Assembly: GCA_964522365.1 (NCBI GenBank) | Contig: CAZFTQ010000002.1 | Span: 195 to 64,194 of the forward strand | Length of the DNA: 64,000 nt | Direction: 5' to 3' | Source: an uncultured Desulfovibrio sp. | Lineage (GTDB): Bacteria > Desulfobacterota > Desulfovibrionia > Desulfovibrionales > Desulfovibrionaceae | Part shown: piece by piece, positions 57,880 through 64,000 of the stretch | Layout: each line of letters begins with the position of its first letter | Numbering within the stretch: the first letter of the stretch is position 1 | Notes under the pieces: generated by a model | Told to the model about the DNA's origin: nothing | What the model saw: the letters and a program-made list of their open reading frames with translations, nothing else | Databases searched by the model: none | Position numbers and translations under genes: made by a program

Positions 57880-58986
57880 ATGTGTCGAATCGGTTCAATT
57901 AAAAGCCTCGAGCCCGTGCCGCCGTCCATGGCGCTGCGGCTGATGATTTCCCAGCAGGAAGGCCATGACAATTCCGGTTTTGCCATGGTCATGAAAGATC
58001 TGGACGGCGCCTTCCTGCACTACAAAAATCAGCCCCTTCTCTCCATGGCCTGCACAGGCCGGGGCGTGCAGCTGGTCAACGATTACATGGAACGGCAGGG
58101 CTTTGTGCAGGTGGCCCAGTGGGTGCCCGAGGTGGACAGACAGCCCGGCCTGCGCATCGAGGCCATGCCGCGCTATGTCTTCCGGAACTACGATTACCCC
58201 GAAATCTACCAGTACCGCACCCAGGAGGAGCGCGAGGATCTGCTCCTGGACACGCGCCTCGCCCTGAGAAAGCTTCTGGAAGAGCAGGGCGACGGCTTCG
58301 TCTACTCCTTCTGGCCCGATGTCCTCACCCTCAAGGAAATCGGCGACCCCGCCGACATCGCCACCTATTTCCGCCTCTGGGACGATGACAGCCGCCTGCT
58401 CGCCCGCAACATCGTGGTGCAGTGCCGCCAGAACACCAACTACGCCATCGTCCGCTACGCGGCCCACCCCTTCTTCCTCCAGGGCTTCACCCTCTGCGCC
58501 AACGGCGAAAACACCTTCTTCACCAAGAACAAGGAATTCCAGAAGTCCCTCTTCCGGGGCTACATCGGCTTCGAATCGGACTCCCAGAACTTCCTCTACT
58601 CCCTCCACTATGTCCTGCACGAGCTCAGGTGGCCCATCCGCTACTTCAAGCATGTGATAACCCCGCTTCCGCTGAGCGAAATCGAGACCCGGCCCGACCG
58701 CGAGGTCCTCACCCTCATCCGCGAGTCCCTGGCCAATCTCGAGATCAACGGCCCCAACACCATCATCGGCATGCTGCCCGACTCCACCATGATCACCTGC
58801 TGCGACTCCAAGAAGCTCAGACCCGTGGTGGTGGCCCGCAACTCGCAGATGGTGGCCATCGCCTCCGAAGTCTGCGGCGTCAACGAGATCATGCCCGACC
58901 GGGATCCGGCCAGGGACATCTATCCCGGCGAACGCGAACTCATCAGCGTGCACAACGACCTGGAGATCCGCAGATGGAAGCAGTAA
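57880..58986 (+). CDS. Glutamate synthase, stand-alone class II glutamine amidotransferase subunit (GltB domain 1-like)
   Basis: 368 aa. The Met-Cys N-terminus (MCRIGSIKS) gives the Ntn catalytic Cys. First gene of a three-gene GOGAT-like set. Confidence 0.8.
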   Translation: MCRIGSIKSLEPVPPSMALRLMISQQEGHDNSGFAMVMKDLDGAFLHYKNQPLLSMACTGRGVQLVNDYMERQGFVQVAQWVPEVDRQPGLRIEAMPRYVFRNYDYPEIYQYRTQEEREDLLLDTRLALRKLLEEQGDGFVYSFWPDVLTLKEIGDPADIATYFRLWDDDSRLLARNIVVQCRQNTNYAIVRYAAHPFFLQGFTLCANGENTFFTKNKEFQKSLFRGYIGFESDSQNFLYSLHYVLHELRWPIRYFKHVITPLPLSEIETRPDREVLTLIRESLANLEINGPNTIIGMLPDSTMITCCDSKKLRPVVVARNSQMVAIASEVCGVNEIMPDRDPARDIYPGERELISVHNDLEIRRWKQ

Positions 58987-60605
58987 GCACACAGGACGTC
59001 TCGGTCAATGACCTTCAGTGGAAGATAGAATACAGTCCCGAACACTGCACGCTCTGCGGCTCCTGCGTGGCGGCGTGTTCCTTTGACGCCATTCATGTGG
59101 ACGTGGAGCGCCTGGACAGGCCCGTTTCCTTGGCCGACGCCCCCGATCTGCACCGCGAGCACCTGGCCCGGCCCGTCATCCGCCAGCGCGCCGATCTGAA
59201 CCGCAGCTGCTCCGGCTGCGGCATGTGCGAGAAGATCTGTCCCAACCACGCCATCCGGCCGGTGCGCAATCCCGACGCCCGCCAGATCCTCCTCATGCGC
59301 CGGGGAGGCCCCGTCAAGCGCGGCGGACGCACCAACCTCAACTACCAGCGGACCCTGGACAGCATCATCGTGGGCCGCATCTCCCAGATGACGGACCCGG
59401 CGCTCGACTCCGAGCGCCACACCTTTGACCTGCGGGCCCCCTTGGGCCGGGTCATGGACGCGAGAAGCCTCCCCCTGGTCATCGAGGGGGAAAACCTCCT
59501 GCTGCGGGGCAAGACGCCGCCCGTGCGCTGGATATATCCGCTCATCTTTTCCGACATGTCCATCGGCGCCCTCTCGCCCCGCGCCTGGGAGGCCCTCACC
59601 CTGGCCGTGGCCTATCTCAACGAGAAGTGCGGCCTGCCCGTGCGCATGAGCTCGGGCGAGGGGGGCGTGCCGAGACGGCTCATGGAGAGCGAGCAGTTCA
59701 GGTACATGATCCTGCAGATAGCCTCCGGCCACTTCGGCTGGAACCGCATCGTGCGGGCCATGCCCTTCATGAAGACCGACCCCGCGGCCGTCCTCATCAA
59801 GATCGGCCAGGGCGCCAAGCCCGGCGACGGCGGCCTGCTCCCGGCGGCCAAGGTGCGGCCCCACATCCAGGCCCTGCGCGGCGTGCCCAAGGCCACCCTC
59901 CACTCGCCGCCCAACCACCAGGGCCTCTATTCCATTGAAGAATCGGTGCAGAAGATGCACCTCTCCCTCAACGCCGCCTTCGGCTTCCGGGTTCCCGTGG
60001 CCATCAAGTGCGCGGCCTCGGCCACCTCGGTCTCGGTCTACAACAACCTCCTCCGCGACCCCTACCGCATCTGCGGCGGCTTCTTCCTGGACGGCATCCA
60101 GGGCGGCACGGGCGCGGCCAACGAGGTCTCCCTGGACCACACGGGCCATCCCGTGGTCTCCAAGCTGCGCGACTGCTACCTGGCGGCCGTGGATCAGGGC
60201 CTCCAGGGCCAGATTCCCCTCTGGTGCGGCGGCGGCATCGGCCTCACGGGCAACGCCGCGGCGGACGCCTTCAAGATGATCTGCCTGGGAGCCAACGGCG
60301 TCTTCGTGGGCAAGATCCTCATCCAGCTTCTGGGCTGCATCGGCAACGAGCACGGCCGCTGCAACCGCTGCAACACCGACAGATGCCCCACGGGCATCTG
60401 CACCCAGGATCCCCGCCTCATGAAGCGCCTGGACGTGGACCGCGGCGCCCAGAACCTGGTGGACTATGTCCTCGCCTTTGACGAAGAGCTGCGCAAGCTG
60501 CTCGCGCCCGTGGGCAACAGTTCCCTGCCCGTGGGCCGTTCGGACGCCCTGGTGTCCACGGACAAGGCCGTGGCCGACAAGCTCGGCATCCAGTACGCCT
60601 GCTGA
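58974..60605 (+). CDS. Glutamate synthase FMN/synthase-domain subunit (GltB domain 2-like) with N-terminal 2x[4Fe-4S] ferredoxin module
   Basis: C-terminal part of ORF 58422..60605 from MEAVSTQD (ATG 58974, overlapping the upstream stop by 13 nt). CTLCGSCVAAC and CSGCGMCEKICP, then the FMN-barrel region IKIGQGAKPGDGG...HSPPNH...GGTGAA. Confidence 0.85.
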   Translation: MEAVSTQDVSVNDLQWKIEYSPEHCTLCGSCVAACSFDAIHVDVERLDRPVSLADAPDLHREHLARPVIRQRADLNRSCSGCGMCEKICPNHAIRPVRNPDARQILLMRRGGPVKRGGRTNLNYQRTLDSIIVGRISQMTDPALDSERHTFDLRAPLGRVMDARSLPLVIEGENLLLRGKTPPVRWIYPLIFSDMSIGALSPRAWEALTLAVAYLNEKCGLPVRMSSGEGGVPRRLMESEQFRYMILQIASGHFGWNRIVRAMPFMKTDPAAVLIKIGQGAKPGDGGLLPAAKVRPHIQALRGVPKATLHSPPNHQGLYSIEESVQKMHLSLNAAFGFRVPVAIKCAASATSVSVYNNLLRDPYRICGGFFLDGIQGGTGAANEVSLDHTGHPVVSKLRDCYLAAVDQGLQGQIPLWCGGGIGLTGNAAADAFKMICLGANGVFVGKILIQLLGCIGNEHGRCNRCNTDRCPTGICTQDPRLMKRLDVDRGAQNLVDYVLAFDEELRKLLAPVGNSSLPVGRSDALVSTDKAVADKLGIQYAC

Positions 60606-60622
60606 GCCGGAGGAGAGAGCGC

Positions 60623-62926
60623 ATGCTTACCATCCACACCCTCAATGAACATGTCCGCATCTCCACCCAGGACCTGCTGCAGACCATCGAAAAGGCCGTG
60701 GCCCGGGGCGAGACGGACTTCTATGTCAACGCCTCCGGCCAGCACGACATCGGCGGTCCCCTCTGGAACCGCGACGGCAGAAAGCTGACCTTCACGGTGC
60801 GCAATCCCGGCCAGCGCGTGGGCTGCATGGCCATGCCCAACACGGAAGTCATCGTGGAGGGCCCGGCCCCGGCGGACGTGGGCTGGCTCAACGCGGGCGG
60901 CCGCATCGTCATCCGCGGCGACGCCGGCGACACGGCGGGCCACTGCGCGGCCGGCGGCGTCATCTACATCGGCGGCCGGGCCGGCACCCGTTCCGGCTCG
61001 CTCATGAAGCACGACCCCATGTACGAGCCCCCGGAGCTCTGGATCCTCAAGAGCACCGGCAGCTTCTCCTTTGAGTTCATGGGGGGCGGAAAGGCCGTTG
61101 TCTGCGGCTGCGACAGCCAGACGCTGAGCTCCGTGCTCGGCGAGCGCCCCTGCGTGGGCATGGTGGGCGGCGTGGTCTATGTCCGCGGCCCCGTGGCGGC
61201 CCTTCCCGACGACCTGCGCCTGGAGCCCCTGGACCAGGACGACATCGCCTTCCTGGACCGCGGTCTGGACGACTTTCTCCAGGCCATCCGCCAGACCAAG
61301 CGCCGCCGCGAAGTCTCGGTCTGGAAGCAGTGGCGCAAGATTGTCCCGCTGAGCTTCACCGAGCGCACGGGCGCCGAACTCCCCTCCGTGGCGGAATTCC
61401 ACCAGAAGGAATGGGTGCCCGGCGGCATCTTCTCCGATGTCTTCCCGGACGGCGGCGAGATCAACGGCCTCCTGGGACACGGCATCTGGCGCCTGCGCGT
61501 GCCTTCCTGGGAAAACCACGCGGCCTGCGCCCCCTGCGAGCACGCCTGTCCGGCCGGCATTCCCACGCAGCTTCGCTGCAACCTCCTGCGGGAAGGCCGC
61601 GTGGAGGAGGCCCTGCGTCTCGTCCTCGACTACACCCCCTTCCCGGGCTGCGTCTGCGGCACGGTCTGCCCCAATCTCTGCATGGAGGCCTGCACGCGCT
61701 CGGGTCTGGACTTTCCCGTGCAGATAGGCCCCCTGGGCCGGCTTTCCAAGGATGTCGAGCTGCCGCCGCCCGCCGCGTCGACCGGAAAGAAGGTCGCCGT
61801 CATCGGCGGCGGCGTGGGCGGTCTCGCCGCCGCCTGGCGCCTTGCCCGCATGGGCCACAAGGTGACGGTCTTCGAGCGCGAGGCGCGCATGGGCGGCAAG
61901 ATGGAGCAGGTCATCCCCAGGGAGAGACTGGACGAGAAGCTCCTCGAAAAGGAAATCGCCCGCATCGCCGCCATGGGAGTCGAGTTCGTCAACGGCTGCG
62001 AGGTGGACGCCCGGAAGTTCCAGGCCATCCGCTCTCAGCACGACGCCGTGGTGGTGGCCACGGGCGGCCATGTGGCGCGCATCTTCAACTGGCCGGGCCG
62101 CGAGCGCATCGTGGCGGGCATCGACTTCATGAAGGCCGTCAACGCCGGACGCAGGCCCAAGGTGGCGGACAATGTCATCGTCATCGGCTGCGGCAACGCC
62201 GGCATGGACGCGGCGGCCGGCGCCTACAAGATGGGCGCGAAGAAGGTCATCTGCATAGACGTGCAGAAGCCCGCGGCTTTCCCCAAGGAGATCAAGCACA
62301 TCACGGATCTGGGCGGCGAGATCGTCTGGCCGGTCATGACAAAGGAGATCACGGAGAAGGGCATCATCGCCGAGGACGGCCGCCTCATTCCGGGCGAGCA
62401 GGTCATCATCACCATCGGCGAGTCGCCGGATCTCTCCTTCCTGCCCGAGAACACGCCGAAATTCCGTTCCTGGCTCGCTCCCCGGGCCGACATGAGCGTG
62501 CTCGACGGCGTCTTCGCCGTGGGCGACACCATCCGTCCCGGCCTGCTCATCCACGCCATCGCCTCGGGCAATTCGGCGGCGGACGCCGTGAACGCGTATC
62601 TTTCCGGCGGAAGCTGGCGGGCGCCTTCCAGGGTCAGGGTGGATCCCGTGAAGCTGCACACGGCCTATTTCGCCCGCTGTCCGGAGAAGGAGAAGCCCGC
62701 CGCCGGCGAGGAATATCTCCGCTGCGTGAGCTGCGGCACATGCCGCGACTGTCATACCTGCGAAAACGCCTGTCCGGAGCAGGCCATTTCCCGGGTGGAC
62801 GAGGCGGACGGCGGCTTCAGCTATGTCTCCGATCCGGAGCGCTGCATCGGCTGCGGCGTCTGCTCGGGCGTCTGCCCCTGCGGCATCTGGACCATGCAGG
62901 AAAACACGCCTCTGGAGCACGGCTAG
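60623..62926 (+). CDS. Fusion protein: GXGXG domain (GltB C-terminal domain-like) + GltD-like FAD/NAD(P)H oxidoreductase + C-terminal 2x[4Fe-4S] module
   Basis: 767 aa. RIVIRGDAGDTAGHCAAGGVIYIGGRAG (GXGXG repeats), Fe-S Cys clusters CEHACPAG...CGTVCPNLC, dinucleotide fold KKVAVIGGGVGGLAAA, and C-terminal CVSCGTCRDCHTCENACP / CIGCGVCSGVCP. Confidence 0.85.
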   Translation: MLTIHTLNEHVRISTQDLLQTIEKAVARGETDFYVNASGQHDIGGPLWNRDGRKLTFTVRNPGQRVGCMAMPNTEVIVEGPAPADVGWLNAGGRIVIRGDAGDTAGHCAAGGVIYIGGRAGTRSGSLMKHDPMYEPPELWILKSTGSFSFEFMGGGKAVVCGCDSQTLSSVLGERPCVGMVGGVVYVRGPVAALPDDLRLEPLDQDDIAFLDRGLDDFLQAIRQTKRRREVSVWKQWRKIVPLSFTERTGAELPSVAEFHQKEWVPGGIFSDVFPDGGEINGLLGHGIWRLRVPSWENHAACAPCEHACPAGIPTQLRCNLLREGRVEEALRLVLDYTPFPGCVCGTVCPNLCMEACTRSGLDFPVQIGPLGRLSKDVELPPPAASTGKKVAVIGGGVGGLAAAWRLARMGHKVTVFEREARMGGKMEQVIPRERLDEKLLEKEIARIAAMGVEFVNGCEVDARKFQAIRSQHDAVVVATGGHVARIFNWPGRERIVAGIDFMKAVNAGRRPKVADNVIVIGCGNAGMDAAAGAYKMGAKKVICIDVQKPAAFPKEIKHITDLGGEIVWPVMTKEITEKGIIAEDGRLIPGEQVIITIGESPDLSFLPENTPKFRSWLAPRADMSVLDGVFAVGDTIRPGLLIHAIASGNSAADAVNAYLSGGSWRAPSRVRVDPVKLHTAYFARCPEKEKPAAGEEYLRCVSCGTCRDCHTCENACPEQAISRVDEADGGFSYVSDPERCIGCGVCSGVCPCGIWTMQENTPLEHG

Positions 62927-62961
62927 CTCCTCTGAGAGTCCCTTCCGGGACCGGTGAAAAC

Positions 62962-62996
62962 GGGGGCCGGACGGACGCTCTGTCCGCCCGGCCCCC
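62962..62996 (+). terminator. Long GC hairpin after the GOGAT cluster
   Basis: 15-bp stem (one mismatch) GGGGGCCGGACGGAC-gctct-GTCCGCCCGGCCCCC. It is not followed by a clean T-run. Confidence 0.45.
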
Positions 62997-63095
62997 GCGA
63001 TCTTTCCGCCGTTCCGTCTTTTCGTTCCCGCACGCTTTTATCCGGACCTTTTCTGTGCTAGGATTTCCCCTGACATGAGAGGAGGTTTTTCGCCC

Positions 63096-63830
63096 ATGCC
63101 GCACGACACTGATCCGGCCCCTGAGAGCCTCGAGGCCCTGCTCGCCCGCATAGGAGAGCGCTTTGAGGTCTCCTTCAAGCCCCTCACGGCGGGGGAGAGG
63201 TGCCTGCAGATACTGGACGTCTCGGACATGACCCGGTATCTGGACCGCCTGCTGGCCTCCGGGAAGATCCGCGATCCCCTCAGGGAACTGCCCGTCTGGG
63301 CCAAGGTCTGGCCGGGGTCCTTCATCCTGGAGACCTGGTTCAGGAAAAAGGCCGACACCGAAGGGAAAACCCTGCTGGAGCTCGGCTGCGGCTGCGCCGT
63401 CTTCTCGCTCCTGGCGGCCGGACTCGGCTTCGCCTCCATCACGGCCGGCGACATCGCGGAGGACGCGCTTCTCTTCGCGAAGGCCAACGTCCTCCGGAAC
63501 GGCCTGGAGGACCGCGTGCGCGTGGTCCGTCTGGACGTATCGAAGCCCGGGGCGGATCCCCGCTTTCCCGAGGGCTTCGACTTCATCGCCGCCTCGGAAA
63601 TCCTCTATCTCGACGAACTCCACACTCCTCTGCTCAATTTTCTGAAGCGCCACCTGGCCCCCGGCGGGAAGGCCGTCTTCTGCACGGACACGGCCCGCCG
63701 CAAGACCCGTTTCGCCCGAAAGGCCGCCAGAGACTTCAAGGTGCAGGAACTTTTCCTGCCGGCATCCTTCACCGACGCCGAAGGCGAACGGCACTCCCGT
63801 CTCTTCTCCCTCCTCAACCTGGAACGCTAG
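63096..63830 (+). CDS. Class I SAM-dependent methyltransferase (Methyltransf_16 / protein-lysine MTase-like)
   Basis: ORF 63075..63830. GGAGG is 10 nt before ATG 63096. Motif I LLELGCGCAV, and post-I/II acidic residues (AGDIAED, FDFIAASEILY). Confidence 0.75.
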   Translation: MPHDTDPAPESLEALLARIGERFEVSFKPLTAGERCLQILDVSDMTRYLDRLLASGKIRDPLRELPVWAKVWPGSFILETWFRKKADTEGKTLLELGCGCAVFSLLAAGLGFASITAGDIAEDALLFAKANVLRNGLEDRVRVVRLDVSKPGADPRFPEGFDFIAASEILYLDELHTPLLNFLKRHLAPGGKAVFCTDTARRKTRFARKAARDFKVQELFLPASFTDAEGERHSRLFSLLNLER

Positions 63831-63833
63831 CCC

Positions 63834-64000
63834 ATGTCAGACACAGACCTCTCCCTCCCCCGCATCGTCCTCAGGCCCTGTCTCAAAGGCTATACGAAGG
63901 ACAGCGACAAGGTCATCGCTCCGGCCGAAACCGTGGCCCGCGTCCTCGCCAGACTCTCGGATCTCGGCACGGACATTCTGAAGGAAACCCGCCGCGTGGA
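63834..64000 (+). CDS. Partial CDS (N-terminal 55 codons, runs off the right edge), possibly YcaO-like
   Basis: ATG 63834 is 4 nt after the upstream stop. My translation is MSDTDLSLPRIVLRPCLKGYTKDSDKVIAPAETVARVLARLSDLGTDILKETRRVD. The K-x-Y/F...R/K-x-x-x-P-x-ET...(I/V)D pattern resembles YcaO N-termini. Confidence 0.4.
   Translation, partial: MSDTDLSLPRIVLRPCLKGYTKDSDKVIAPAETVARVLARLSDLGTDILKETRRV

Overview
High-GC chromosomal segment. Sampled 60-nt lines in ordinary genes are about 73-75% G+C. The gene content looks Desulfovibrionaceae-like: rubrerythrin, a small 2x[4Fe-4S] ferredoxin, LL-DAP aminotransferase, split glutamate synthase and many sigma-54 activators. I can support about 50 protein-coding genes. 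I found no rRNA, tRNA, CRISPR array, or transposase/integrase, apart from a 33-codon Rpn/YhgA-like fragment at the left edge.

Most of the window is housekeeping:
- Cell envelope and proteolysis: ddl, HtrA-type protease, mltB-like transglycosylase, ctpA.
- DNA repair: xth, uvrC, uvrA.
- hflK/hflC and hflX.
- Central and amino-acid metabolism: speA, proC, pgi.
- A nitrogen-assimilation block: argF, a GAF sigma-54 activator, type III glutamine synthetase, dapF, dapL and a three-gene split glutamate synthase.

Main points of interest:
1. A sharply low-GC single-gene island (about 12.4-14.9 kb) sits between hflKC and mltB. It encodes a 786-aa GmrSD-like DUF262+DUF1524 protein with an extra, unassigned C-terminal domain of about 165 aa. 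By eye this domain looks like an EVE/PUA-type modified-base reader.
2. There are four sigma-54-type AAA+ regulators with different states of the GAFTGA loop. Two are canonical. One is a membrane-anchored one-component protein with GAYTEA and a winged-helix C-terminus in place of the Fis-type HTH. One is a response regulator whose GAFTGA loop is fully degenerate (PSSGGT).
3. Two consensus-like sigma-54 promoters each have their own repeated upstream motif. TGTGAAA inverted repeats precede a four-gene membrane/TauE operon. GACA-N4-TGTC palindromes precede glnN.
4. The hflX reading frame continues upstream of the last canonical start codon to a GGAGG-N6-ATT.

The many very long antisense ORFs in the track are GC-driven shadows and are rejected.
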